Origin: Alphaproteobacteria bacterium
GTDB taxonomy: Bacteria > Pseudomonadota > Alphaproteobacteria > MPNO01 > UBA830
Direction of reading: 5' to 3'
NCBI GenBank assembly: GCA_965243135.1
Contig: OZ251539.1
Coordinates: 960,001 to 1,024,000, forward strand
DNA length: 64,000 nucleotides
Below the pieces are notes generated by a model. The model did not search any database. It was not told where the DNA came from and was given only the letters and a program-made list of their open reading frames with translations. Both the position numbers and the translations under genes were made by a program. Of the stretch, positions 28,654 through 38,605 are shown one piece after another. The first letter of the stretch is position 1, and each line of letters begins with the position of its first letter.

Positions 28654-28869
28654 CGTCCGGCGCCGGGAAGCGGGACGCAGCGCTTCCCGGCCGCGCCGTT
28701 CTTTTCCTTGCCGAGGCGCGTATCGTCGGCTTCGCGACCTTTCCGGGAACCGCGCAAGACCGCCGCGCCGGCGGGAGCGCGGTAGTGCGGCGGCCGTAAA
28801 ACGGATATACAGGCTGGCGTCGCGCTCGGGGCGGCGCGGGACGATGCGGAAAACTTGCGGATATCCGTT

Positions 28870-31530
28870 GTGACTTCCGGAACGAACGACATCAGGCAGG
28901 CGTTTCTGGACTATTTCGCGGCGAACGGCCACGAGATCGTTCCGTCGTCCCCGCTTGTGCCGCGCAACGATCCGACCTTGTTGTTCACCAACGCCGGCAT
29001 GGTTCAGTTCAAGAACGTGTTCACTGGCGCGGAAACCCGCAGCTTCGGGCGCGCGGTCACTTCCCAGAAATGCGTCCGCGCGGGCGGCAAGCATAACGAC
29101 CTCGAAAACGTCGGCTATACGGCCCGCCATCACACGTTTTTCGAGATGCTGGGCAATTTCTCGTTCGGCGACTATTTCAAGGACGTCGCGATCGAACTGG
29201 CCTGGAACCTGATAACCAGGGAGTTCGAACTCCCGGCCGACCGGTTGCTGGCGACGGTGTACGCGGACGACGATCGGGCTTTCGACCTGTGGAAGAGGAT
29301 CGCCGGACTGCCCGAGAGCCGCATCGTGCGCATCGCCACGAGCGACAACTTCTGGTCGATGGGCGATACCGGGCCTTGCGGTCCGTGCTCGGAAATCTTC
29401 TACGATCACGGGGACGAGGTGCCGGGCGGCCCTCCCGGCAGTCCGGACGAGGACGGCGACCGCTTCATCGAGATCTGGAACCTCGTCTTCATGCAGTTCG
29501 AGCAGGAGGACGCGACGACCCGGCGCGATCTTCCGAAACCGTCGATAGACACGGGCATGGGGCTCGAACGCCTCGCGGCGGTTCTCCAGGGCCGCCACGA
29601 CAACTACGACATCGACCTCATGCGCGGCTTGATCGAGGCGTCGGCGTCGGCGTCCGGCGTCGGCCCGGACGGCGACCACGCCGTTTCGCATCGCGTAATC
29701 GCCGATCACCTGAGGGCCTGCAGCTTCCTGATCGCCGACGGCGTTCTTCCGTCGAACGAAGGGCGCGGCTACGTTCTCCGCCGGATCATGCGGCGCGCCA
29801 TGCGGCACGCGCACATCATGGGTTGCCGGGAACCGCTGTTGTGGAAGCTCGTTCCGGCGCTCGCGAACGAGATGGGAAAGGCGTTTCCCGAACTGGAACG
29901 CGCGGGAACGCTGATCGCGGAAACCCTGAAACTGGAGGAAAGCAGATTCAAGGAGACCCTCGGGCGGGGCCTGCGGCTGCTCGAGGAGGAAACCGCGGGG
30001 CTTGACGAAGGCGGAACGCTGGCCGGAGACGTCGCCTTCCGGCTCTACGATACTTACGGCTTTCCGCTCGATCTTACCCGGGACGTGCTGCGCGGCAAGG
30101 GGATCGCCGTGGACGCGGACGGTTTCGAAACGGCGATGGCGCGGCAACGGGCGGAGGCGCGAAAAAACTGGGTCGGAAGCGGCGCGACCGCCGACGAGAC
30201 GGTCTGGTTCGACGTTCGCGAACGGACGCCGGCGACGGAGTTTCTTGGTTACGCGATGGAAGCGGCGGAGGGCGTAGTCGTCGCGCTGGCGGTCGACGGC
30301 GCCGAAACGGATTCCGCGGGCGAGGGGGCCGAGGTCGCGCTGGTCGCCAATCAGACGCCGTTCTACGGCGAAAGCGGAGGGCAGTTGGGCGATTCAGGCC
30401 GAATCGTCGGCGACGGCTTCGAACTCCGGATCGCCGATACCGTCAAGAAGGCCGAAGATCTGCACGTCCATGTCGGCAAAGTCGTCAAAGGCGCGGTCGC
30501 CTTGGGAAGCGCTGCGGAGTTCGTCGTCGACGGCCCGCGCCGGGAAGCGCTGCGCGTTCATCATTCGGCGACTCATTTGCTGCACGAGGCGTTGCGCAGG
30601 CGTCTCGGCGATCACGTTACGCAGAAGGGTTCGCTCGTCGCGCCCGATCGCCTTCGCTTCGACATTTCCCATCCCAAGGCGATCGAAGCGGCGGAACTGG
30701 ACGATATCGAGCGCGAGGTGAATGCGCGGATCCGTCTCAATACGCCGGTCGAGACCCGTCTCATGGCGCACGGCGAAGCGATCGAGAGCGGCGCGACGGC
30801 GCTGTTCGGGGAGAAGTACGGAGACGAGGTCCGGGTGGTGACCATGGGCGGCGGCTCGGAGCGGTATTCCGTGGAACTGTGCGGCGGAACCCACGTAAGG
30901 CGGACAGGCGACATCGGGTATTTTCGCATCGTCGGCGAGAGCGCGGTCGCCGCCGGCGTGCGGAGGATCGAGGCGCATGTCGCCGCGTCGGCGGAGGGTC
31001 ATGCTCGCGACCGGGAGACGCTGCTTGCGCGCGCCGCTTCCGCATTGCGGACCGGAGCGGAAGAGGTGCCGGCGCGCGTCGCGGCCCTGTTGGAAGAGCG
31101 CCGCCAGCTGGAGCGCGAACTGACGGATCTCAGACGCCGGGTCGCGACCGGCGGCGCCGGTCCGGGCGACGACGAAGCGCGCGATATAGCCGGAATCAGG
31201 TACGTGCCGCGCAAACTCGCGGAGGTCCCACCCAGGGAACTCAAGCCGATGGCGGACGAGATCAAAAAACGAATCGGGACCGGCGTCACGGCCCTCGTAT
31301 CCGTCGCCGGCGGCAAGGCGTCGATCGTCGTCGGCGTCACCGACGATATCGCCGCCCGGCTCAGCGCGGTCGATCTGGTCCGGGTCGGTTCGGCGGTTCT
31401 CGGCGGGAAGGGCGGCGGCGGGCGCCCCGACATGGCGCAGGCGGGAGGGCCGGACGGCTCCGCCGCGGAACCGGCGCTCGAGGCCATCGCGTCCGCGATC
31501 AGGGAACGAATCGAAAAGGCGCCGCCTTAG
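28870..31530 (+). CDS. alaS: Alanine--tRNA ligase
   Basis: [61 protein letters not shown]. Confidence 0.98.
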   Translation: MTSGTNDIRQAFLDYFAANGHEIVPSSPLVPRNDPTLLFTNAGMVQFKNVFTGAETRSFGRAVTSQKCVRAGGKHNDLENVGYTARHHTFFEMLGNFSFGDYFKDVAIELAWNLITREFELPADRLLATVYADDDRAFDLWKRIAGLPESRIVRIATSDNFWSMGDTGPCGPCSEIFYDHGDEVPGGPPGSPDEDGDRFIEIWNLVFMQFEQEDATTRRDLPKPSIDTGMGLERLAAVLQGRHDNYDIDLMRGLIEASASASGVGPDGDHAVSHRVIADHLRACSFLIADGVLPSNEGRGYVLRRIMRRAMRHAHIMGCREPLLWKLVPALANEMGKAFPELERAGTLIAETLKLEESRFKETLGRGLRLLEEETAGLDEGGTLAGDVAFRLYDTYGFPLDLTRDVLRGKGIAVDADGFETAMARQRAEARKNWVGSGATADETVWFDVRERTPATEFLGYAMEAAEGVVVALAVDGAETDSAGEGAEVALVANQTPFYGESGGQLGDSGRIVGDGFELRIADTVKKAEDLHVHVGKVVKGAVALGSAAEFVVDGPRREALRVHHSATHLLHEALRRRLGDHVTQKGSLVAPDRLRFDISHPKAIEAAELDDIEREVNARIRLNTPVETRLMAHGEAIESGATALFGEKYGDEVRVVTMGGGSERYSVELCGGTHVRRTGDIGYFRIVGESAVAAGVRRIEAHVAASAEGHARDRETLLARAASALRTGAEEVPARVAALLEERRQLERELTDLRRRVATGGAGPGDDEARDIAGIRYVPRKLAEVPPRELKPMADEIKKRIGTGVTALVSVAGGKASIVVGVTDDIAARLSAVDLVRVGSAVLGGKGGGGRPDMAQAGGPDGSAAEPALEAIASAIRERIEKAPP

Positions 31531-31628
31531 ACCGGCCGCGGTTCGGCGGCCGGGCGCCGCCGACCGGATTTCCGAATCCTGTGAGCGCCCCCCGGCGGGC
31601 GAGGCATGTCGCTGCAAGAGAGGATTAC

Positions 31629-32996
31629 ATGATCGATCTGATGTCCATAGCGCGAACGGAAGCCGACGGGGGCGACTTGTTCCGCATTTTCTCCGAGATG
31701 CTCGAACCGGCCGACGTGCGGCCCGACGGCTATCCGGACGCCGTCGTCTGGAAAGGCGGCAATCACGACGGCGACGTGCGCCCGGTGGCTCACAGCCTGA
31801 CCGACGCCTACGCGCTGCTCGGCACCGTCGCGGCTTTCGACGTTCTCGGGCTTCCGTTCTACGCGGTGCCGATGTGGGCGCAGTATCGCCACGACAGGAA
31901 ACTGGAGCCTCTCGCCTGGTTCGGCAACATGCCGTGCACCTCCGTCAAGTGGTCGACGGCGGGCGACGCCTATGTCGACGACGGCAAGGGAGGCAAGGTC
32001 GTCGTGATGGGAAAATCGGGCAACGCGCCGCTTCGGACCCAGGCGGGCGTTTACTGCAATGTCCGCCCCTACGGGCCGATTACGGTCGTCCGCTGCATGC
32101 CGTGCCTTCCCTATTCCCAGAACAGAGCCGCGTTCGACGTGGACGACCAGGGGATCATTCACTCCGAAATGAACACGCCCGGCGTTCAACTCGCCTACGC
32201 CAATCGCCTGTTTCTCAGAATGGTGCACGAAACCGGGGCGCTCGGCCGCGTGGCGACGAAGCCGACGCAGGCCATGGAGGACGGGATTACGGCCGGCCTG
32301 CATTCCTGGATGCTGCGGGGAACGAAGTTCGAGGTCGGGCGGAAATACGCCGTCGATCCCTACGAGGAGCACAAGGAACGCATCGACCGGATCGTCGCGT
32401 TGCTGCCGCCGGATTTCAGGGACGGCATGGAGAACTGGGGCGGACGGATCGAACAGCACATTTCGGACACCAATTACGGCCTGCTGTTGTGGGACCTGAT
32501 CGAAGGGCGCGACTGCATCGTGCTCGCCACCGATCTCGACGGCGACCGCCTGACGGACCTTCTGGCGGACATGTCCGATCCCTTGCGCGCTTTCGCCGGC
32601 AAAGTGGCGGGGCATCTCGGCCGGGAGGCGAACGCCGCCCGGTTGTGGCGCGAGATGGGTTACGTTACCGGCAACGGACGGGACATGACTTCGGTCATGC
32701 ACCGGATGTCGGGGCCGCCGATCCACGAGCAGACCTTGGGATCGGCCGACGCGATGCTGCTGCGCCTTCTGGCGGGCGACGAATCGATGGGCGGAACCAA
32801 GCGGCCCTACGATCCCCGGATCCATTTCGTCTTGATCCGGGACGCCTATCTCGACGCCAACCGGGACAATGCGGCGCTGCGCGACTACCTCGACCGGGCT
32901 CTTGCCGCGTTCGACAAGGTCTACGGCGAAGACAGGCCGGGCTTCATCGAGGGATACCGGGCGCTCAAGGAGGCGATTCGCCCGTGGGGCGGCTGA
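31629..32996 (+). CDS. Highly divergent isocitrate/isopropylmalate dehydrogenase superfamily protein
   Basis: Motifs collinear with IDH: VKWST, KSGNAPLR, VRP, VVRC..PY, TKPT, ISD, DGDRLTD, MTSV, EQTLGSA; AGAGG RBS; sits directly after alaS. Confidence 0.72.
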   Translation: MIDLMSIARTEADGGDLFRIFSEMLEPADVRPDGYPDAVVWKGGNHDGDVRPVAHSLTDAYALLGTVAAFDVLGLPFYAVPMWAQYRHDRKLEPLAWFGNMPCTSVKWSTAGDAYVDDGKGGKVVVMGKSGNAPLRTQAGVYCNVRPYGPITVVRCMPCLPYSQNRAAFDVDDQGIIHSEMNTPGVQLAYANRLFLRMVHETGALGRVATKPTQAMEDGITAGLHSWMLRGTKFEVGRKYAVDPYEEHKERIDRIVALLPPDFRDGMENWGGRIEQHISDTNYGLLLWDLIEGRDCIVLATDLDGDRLTDLLADMSDPLRAFAGKVAGHLGREANAARLWREMGYVTGNGRDMTSVMHRMSGPPIHEQTLGSADAMLLRLLAGDESMGGTKRPYDPRIHFVLIRDAYLDANRDNAALRDYLDRALAAFDKVYGEDRPGFIEGYRALKEAIRPWGG

Positions 32997-33549
32997 GACC
33001 GGGCCGGGAGCCGAGGAGTCGAAGCGCTTCGGCGGGAGCGTCCACGACGCGAAAGAGCGCGTGAATGTCGCGGTGGGCGAACTTGTGGGAGACGATCTGG
33101 TCGATCACGCGGATGAAAGGAGCCCAGTAATCATGCGTGCTTATCAGGATGACGGGCTTGTCGTGACGTCCGAGCTGGCCCCAGGCCATCATCTCGACCG
33201 CTTCGTCGAGGGTTCCGAGTCCGCCGGGTAGAGCGACGAACGCGTCGGAAAGATCGAACATCTTTCGTTTCCGCGCATGCATGCTGTCGACGATATGCAG
33301 TTCGGACGCTTCCTGATGCGCGATTTCGATGTCGGCGAGAAACTGCGGAATGACCCCTACCGTGCGCCCGCCGTCGGCGAGAGCGGCGGAGGCGACGAAC
33401 CCCATCATGCCCTTGTTCCCGCCGCCGAAGACGAGGGTCATTCCGGCCTTCGCAAGGCCTGTTCCGAGATCCTTCGCCGCGTCCGCGAACGCCGGGTCGT
33501 CGCCCGCGGTCGCTCCGCAAAAAACGCATACCGATCGAATTACGCCCAT
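32965..33549 (-). CDS. LOG family nucleotide phosphoribohydrolase (TIGR00730)
   Basis: VCVFCG, GGGNKGMMG, MHARKRKM, LPGGLGTLDE. Confidence 0.93.
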   Translation of the reverse strand: MGVIRSVCVFCGATAGDDPAFADAAKDLGTGLAKAGMTLVFGGGNKGMMGFVASAALADGGRTVGVIPQFLADIEIAHQEASELHIVDSMHARKRKMFDLSDAFVALPGGLGTLDEAVEMMAWGQLGRHDKPVILISTHDYWAPFIRVIDQIVSHKFAHRDIHALFRVVDAPAEALRLLGSRPGLSRPTGESPP

Positions 33550-33603
33550 CGTCCGAAACGCCCGCCGTTGAAGATGGAGAAACGCCCCATTCTATCAGGC
33601 GCG

Positions 33604-34482
33604 ATGCCGTCGGACAGGGCGTTTCGCGGAACTCTTGCGCTGGCCTTCTGCGCGGCCGTGGCGGTCGGCGGGGCGGCCGCCGAAAACGGCGAGATCGCGA
33701 GGGGCGAGTATCTGGTCGCCATCGGCGGTTGCGCGAGTTGCCATACCGTCCGGGGCGGCGAACCGTTCGCCGGCGGCGGCGCCATAAGGACCCGGTTCGG
33801 CGACTTCTATCCGCCCAACATCACGCCGCACTTGGACCGCGGCATCGGCCGATGGTCGGACCGGGACTTCGTCCGGGCGATGCGGGAAGGCGTGAGGCCG
33901 GACGGCGCGCATTATTTTCCGGCGTTTCCCTACACGTCCTACGTCCTGCTCTCGGAGGCCGACGCGCTGGCGATGAAAGCCTACCTGTTCTCTCTTCCTG
34001 CGGTCGATCGCGCCTCGCGGCCGCACGAGATCCCGTTTCCGTTGAACTGGCGTTTTCTCCAGGCGATCTGGAAGCTGTTCTTTTTCCGGCGCGAAGGGCC
34101 CGGCCCGGCCCGGTCTTCGGAGGCGGATCGGGGAACCTATCTCGTCGAGGCGCTTGCGCATTGCGGCGAATGCCACACGCCGAGAAACGGTCTCGGCGGG
34201 CTCGAGCGGGACCTGTGGATGGCCGGGACCGTCGACGGACCCGAAGGGGAGGCGGTGCCGAACGTCACTCCCGATTCCGGGACGGGTCTGACCTGGAGCG
34301 TCGACGAAATCGTCAACTATCTCCGAATGGGCATGAATCCGGATGGAGACTTCGCGGGTTCCGTCATGGCCGACGTGATCGAGAACGGCACGTCGCGGCT
34401 GACGGACGAGGACCTTGCGGCGATCGCAGGCTATCTGAAGTCGCTCGAACCGATTCGCAATCCCGTCGGGTCCGGAAGTTGA
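33604..34482 (+). CDS. Diheme c-type cytochrome
   Basis: Signal peptide; CASCH and CGECH; PNITP..GIG.WS..DF..AMREG, PAFPYTSY. Confidence 0.92.
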   Translation: MPSDRAFRGTLALAFCAAVAVGGAAAENGEIARGEYLVAIGGCASCHTVRGGEPFAGGGAIRTRFGDFYPPNITPHLDRGIGRWSDRDFVRAMREGVRPDGAHYFPAFPYTSYVLLSEADALAMKAYLFSLPAVDRASRPHEIPFPLNWRFLQAIWKLFFFRREGPGPARSSEADRGTYLVEALAHCGECHTPRNGLGGLERDLWMAGTVDGPEGEAVPNVTPDSGTGLTWSVDEIVNYLRMGMNPDGDFAGSVMADVIENGTSRLTDEDLAAIAGYLKSLEPIRNPVGSGS

Positions 34483-34595
34483 ACTACCCGCTCGGCAGGC
34501 GACGAATTACCTTTCGGCGGCGAAGGCGAAAAAGATTGCCGAACCGGCTCGGAGGGGTTAGTTTCCCGTCATGTCTTCTTGCATGCCGAGGTTCG

Positions 34596-35939
34596 ATGAA
34601 TAGGCCTCTACTGGTCGGCATCGCGAGCGCGGTCATCGTGTTGGCGGCGATCGTGCTGGCGGTTTTCATTGATCGCGATCCGGATCGGCCGATTCGCGAA
34701 GCATCCGTGCTCGTGGAGGAAGGCGACAATGCCTCCGCGGCTCGGTCGCCGTCCAGGGACGCTGCGACGGCCGGGACGTCGGACGCGTCGCCTCCGGAAC
34801 GGGCCGCGGAAAATCCCGCGTCTCCGCCGGACGCGAAGCGGTCCGGCGGCGCAGGGGACGAGACCGGCGGTCGAACGCAGTCGGAGCGGGCCGCGAAAGC
34901 TCTCGTTCCGGGTGCGGCGTCTTCGCCCGGCGCGCGGCAGTCCGGCGTCGCAGGGGACGAAACCGGCGGTCGAACGCAGTCGGAGCGGGCCGCGAAGGCT
35001 CTCGCTCCGGGCGCGGCGTCTTCGCCCGGGACCGCACCGTCTAAAGCGGAAAACGGAACGCCTGCAGCCAAACCGCCGGAAGCGGCCGCGTCCGGCGGCA
35101 CGGTCGGAAACGCTTCCCCCTCGTTCGATGTCGTGCGCGCCGGGCCGGACGGTCAGGCCGTGTTCGCGGGCCGCGCGGCTGCGGGATCGACGGTCACGAT
35201 CAAGAGCGGCGGCAAGGCCGTCGGCAGCGCGCGGGCCGGCAAGCAGGGCGGATGGGTGGTCATCGTCCCGAAGCCGCTCCCTCCCGGGGCGCACGAGTTG
35301 TCCGTGTCCTCGAAGCTCGACGGCAAACCCGGCGTTGCGGGCAAGCGGGACGTCGTGGTCGTCATTCCTGAGCGCGGACGCGATATTGCAGGTCGCGCCG
35401 CCGAGGAGACGAGCGGGGCCCTTGCTGTCGCGGTGCCGAAGGCGGCGGACGAAGCGCCTGCCGTGCTGCAGACCCCGAAAGGCGGCGGCGACAAACGCCT
35501 CGCGCTCGACGCCATCGACTACGGAGAGAAGGGCGACGATTTTTCCATGGCGGGCCGCGCGCCGCCCTCGGGAGAGGTGCGCATGTACGTCGAGAACGAG
35601 TTCGTCGGACGCGCGACGGCCGACGAGAAGGGACGCTGGGACCTTAAGCCCGCGAAGGAAATAAAGCCGGGGAAGCACCAGTTGCGGGTGGATCAGGTCG
35701 AGCCCGGCGGCAAGGTCGTCGCTCGTCTCGAATTGTCGTTCGTCCGCGCTCCTCCCGTCAAGGAACTCGCCCCGGATTCGGTGATCTTCGTGCAGCCGGG
35801 CAGCAACCTGTGGCGCATCGCGCGAAAGACCTACGGCGCGGGCATTCGATACACCGTGATTTACGAAGCGAACCGGGACCAGATTCGCGATCCCCACCTG
35901 ATATACCCCGGTCAGGTATTCCTGCTTCCGAAGGGCTGA
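34596..35939 (+). CDS. Membrane-anchored LysM peptidoglycan-binding protein with Ig-like domains
   Basis: N-terminal TM, PSFDVVR, C-terminal VQPGSNLWRIARKTYG.G.RYTVIYEANRDQIRDPHLIYPGQVF. Confidence 0.92.
   Translation: MNRPLLVGIASAVIVLAAIVLAVFIDRDPDRPIREASVLVEEGDNASAARSPSRDAATAGTSDASPPERAAENPASPPDAKRSGGAGDETGGRTQSERAAKALVPGAASSPGARQSGVAGDETGGRTQSERAAKALAPGAASSPGTAPSKAENGTPAAKPPEAAASGGTVGNASPSFDVVRAGPDGQAVFAGRAAAGSTVTIKSGGKAVGSARAGKQGGWVVIVPKPLPPGAHELSVSSKLDGKPGVAGKRDVVVVIPERGRDIAGRAAEETSGALAVAVPKAADEAPAVLQTPKGGGDKRLALDAIDYGEKGDDFSMAGRAPPSGEVRMYVENEFVGRATADEKGRWDLKPAKEIKPGKHQLRVDQVEPGGKVVARLELSFVRAPPVKELAPDSVIFVQPGSNLWRIARKTYGAGIRYTVIYEANRDQIRDPHLIYPGQVFLLPKG
34841..35029 (+). repeat. In-frame tandem duplication, 99-bp period
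   Basis: SG.AGDETGGRTQSERAAKAL.PGAASSPG occurs twice. Confidence 0.9.
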
Positions 35940-35957
35940 CCGGCGGGTCCGCGCCGT

Positions 35958-37298
35958 TCAGGCGCGGGACAGGGCGCGCTCGACGGCGAGCGCGATTCTT
36001 TTCAGCCAGTCGTCGTGGCCGGTGGCCGCCATTACCGTCAACCCGACCGGACCCGTGGATCTCTCGTGACAGGGTATCGAGAACGCGCAGCGGTCGAGAA
36101 AATTGCCCACGGTCGTATTGCGAAGCATGAGAAAATTCGCCTTCCCGTAGGCTTCGTCGTCGTTGTCGAGCGCCGCGACGGGCGGCGCCACGACAGGGCA
36201 CGTCGGCATCAGCAGGGCGTCGAACGGCATGTCGGCGGCGCGGGCCATTATGTCCCGCCGCAGGCGGTGACAGTCCAGAAGATCCGCGGCCGAAAGGTTT
36301 TCGCCGCGCCGAATGCGGGACCAGACCCGCGAATCGTAGAGATGCTTCTTCTCGTCCATCTGTTTCCGATGATGGGCGAAGGCTTCGGCGCCGAGAATCC
36401 CGCCATGGGGCATCGCTTTGGGAATTTCCTCGAAAACCCGGGAATCGACGTCGGTTATGCGCGCGCCTGCCTCCGACAACCTGTTCAAGGCGGCATCGAA
36501 CGTCTCCGCGACATGGTCGTCGAGATCGTCGAGCACGTAGTGGCGCGGAACGCCGAACGAGAGATTCGCGATCGGCAGCGCTTTGGGAACGGCGGGCGCA
36601 CGGGCGGCCATCACGGCTTCGGCCACGACGCAGCAGGCGACCGTCGGCGCCAGCGGTCCGACGCTGTCGAGCGTTGCGGAGAGAGGATATACGCCGTCGA
36701 GGGGTATGCGTCCGGTCGTGGTCTTGAAGCCGGTCACGCCGGAGAGCGCCGCCGGTATTCTCACCGAGCCGCCGGTATCGGTGCCGATCGCGACCGCGGC
36801 CATTCCGTCGGAGACCGATACGCCCGCTCCCGACGACGAACCGCCGGGAATGCGTCCGGTTTCGCGATCCCACGGATTGCGCGGGGTATCGAAGTGCCGA
36901 TTCAGACCGAGGCCGGAATACGCGAACTCCGTCAGGTTGGTGCGCCCGACCAGCACGGCTCCGGCGGCGCGAAGGCGGGCCGTCACGGTCGAATCTCCGG
37001 CCGCCGGCGGCGCGTCGTCGAGCGCCCTCGAGGCCGCTCTGGTCCGTTGGCCCTGTTCGTTGAAGAGGTCCTTCAACGACACGGGCAGCCCCGCGAGCGG
37101 CGACGGCACGACGCCGTGGGCGCGCATCGCGTCCGAGGCGTCGGCTGCGGAAAGCGCAGACTCCTCGTGCACCGCGAGAAACGCCCGGCTCCCTTCGCCG
37201 TCGGGATCGGCGATGCGCGCCAGCGCTTTTTCCGTCAGTTCGCGGCTCGTCGTCTTGCCGCTCCAGAGCGCGGCCTGGAGTTCCAGAACCGGCGTCAT
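35958..37298 (-). CDS. Amidase (amidase-signature family)
   Basis: SLKDLF, GRTNLTEFAYSG, PGGSSSG, GTDTGGSVRIPAA. Confidence 0.93.
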   Translation of the reverse strand: MTPVLELQAALWSGKTTSRELTEKALARIADPDGEGSRAFLAVHEESALSAADASDAMRAHGVVPSPLAGLPVSLKDLFNEQGQRTRAASRALDDAPPAAGDSTVTARLRAAGAVLVGRTNLTEFAYSGLGLNRHFDTPRNPWDRETGRIPGGSSSGAGVSVSDGMAAVAIGTDTGGSVRIPAALSGVTGFKTTTGRIPLDGVYPLSATLDSVGPLAPTVACCVVAEAVMAARAPAVPKALPIANLSFGVPRHYVLDDLDDHVAETFDAALNRLSEAGARITDVDSRVFEEIPKAMPHGGILGAEAFAHHRKQMDEKKHLYDSRVWSRIRRGENLSAADLLDCHRLRRDIMARAADMPFDALLMPTCPVVAPPVAALDNDDEAYGKANFLMLRNTTVGNFLDRCAFSIPCHERSTGPVGLTVMAATGHDDWLKRIALAVERALSRA

Positions 37299-37332
37299 CG
37301 CGCGGTCGTCCAGCGCTTTCCCGGCCGCGCGG

Positions 37333-37716
37333 TCACGCGGACTCGTCGTAATAGTGGCTTTCCAGGAGCAAGCACCCGCCGTCGGACTTGAACGGGCCGT
37401 GCGGCGTTCCCGGCGGGCGGCAGGCGTAGGTGTCGGGATCGAACCTGCGGCCGCCCCGGCCGTCGCTGTCGTTGCCCACGGTGAGATCGCCCTTGAGCAG
37501 ATAGACCTCTTCCCAGTAGTCGTGCGTGAAAGGCTCCGTCGTGAAGACGCCCGGATCGAACCGCAACAGCCGGGTGCGGCAACCCGTCTTGTTCCGCTCG
37601 TCGAGATGACCGACGAGGATCTTCTGCTTGATCCCTTCCGGATAGCCTTCCGGAACGTCCCAGCGGCCTCCCATGTCGACGGCGTAGAATTCCTTGTGTT
37701 CCTTGTTTATCGGCAT
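37333..37716 (-). CDS. Cupin-domain protein
   Basis: HDYWEEVYLLKGDL, YACRPPGTPHGPF. Confidence 0.85.
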   Translation of the reverse strand: MPINKEHKEFYAVDMGGRWDVPEGYPEGIKQKILVGHLDERNKTGCRTRLLRFDPGVFTTEPFTHDYWEEVYLLKGDLTVGNDSDGRGGRRFDPDTYACRPPGTPHGPFKSDGGCLLLESHYYDESA

Positions 37717-37728
37717 GGCATGCCTCCT

Positions 37729-38415
37729 TCACGTAACCACGGGCAGAGTCTCGACGCTGTACCCGAACGAGATTTTTCGTTTCAGAACCGGATCCTCGAT
37801 CTCGCCTTCGAACCGGTCCGCCGGCCGGACGCCGCCGACCGCGGCGAGCGTTCCGCAGAACATGGCCGTTCCCGCGGGCAGCTCGGCGGCTCCGTCGAAG
37901 CGCAGGCCGATCAATTCCTCGGGGCGCCGCATCGCCGCGACCGATCCTTCCTGGTAAAGCGTTTCGACGCCGTTTTCGGATATCCGGGACCGCAGCAGCA
38001 GTTCGTCGAAATGCTCCGCCACTTCGTCGTAACGCCACGCCTTCGACGAAACCGGCTTGGCGCACATCTGTTTCGACACCGCGACGGAATAGGTTTCGAC
38101 CTTGCGGTCGGTATGGTCGGAGCCGACGCCGATCAACATGCCGTTTTCGGTTCCGTACAGGACGAATTCGACCTCTCCCGACGATTCGTTTCCGAGAAAC
38201 TGGACTCCGGCGGCCGTCGAAATCAGATCCGCGGAGACGCGATAGAAGCATGGAACCGAGGCGGGCCTCGGGACGCCCACCTCTTCGAGTTCGCGGATAT
38301 GCTTCTCGAGCGATTCGACGTCGCGCCCGGTCCAGCCGGCGATGACGAGGTCGTTCACGACCACCGAGCATCGTCCATGGCCCGGCTCCACGTCCAAGCC
38401 GAGTTCGACAGCCAT
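37729..38415 (-). CDS. DUF2848 family protein
   Basis: VIAGWTGRD..HIRELEEVGV..P, SSGEVE, GSDHTDR.VE, SKQMCAKP, YQEG, MFCGT. Confidence 0.85.
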   Translation of the reverse strand: MAVELGLDVEPGHGRCSVVVNDLVIAGWTGRDVESLEKHIRELEEVGVPRPASVPCFYRVSADLISTAAGVQFLGNESSGEVEFVLYGTENGMLIGVGSDHTDRKVETYSVAVSKQMCAKPVSSKAWRYDEVAEHFDELLLRSRISENGVETLYQEGSVAAMRRPEELIGLRFDGAAELPAGTAMFCGTLAAVGGVRPADRFEGEIEDPVLKRKISFGYSVETLPVVT

Positions 38416-38605
38416 TCGCGCCTCCCGATCCGACGAAAGCAGCCTACCGGGAAGGGAGGCGCCGCGCAAGATCGACCGCGTTCTGCTATTATCGCGCTCC
38501 CGATGCGGGGGGCCGCATCAAGGATCGAGAAATTCTGCCGATGATGCACTTCCTGCGGCGCCCCGCCCAGTTCGCTGCGCCGTCGATCGTTCCGGGAGAC
38601 GGTCG

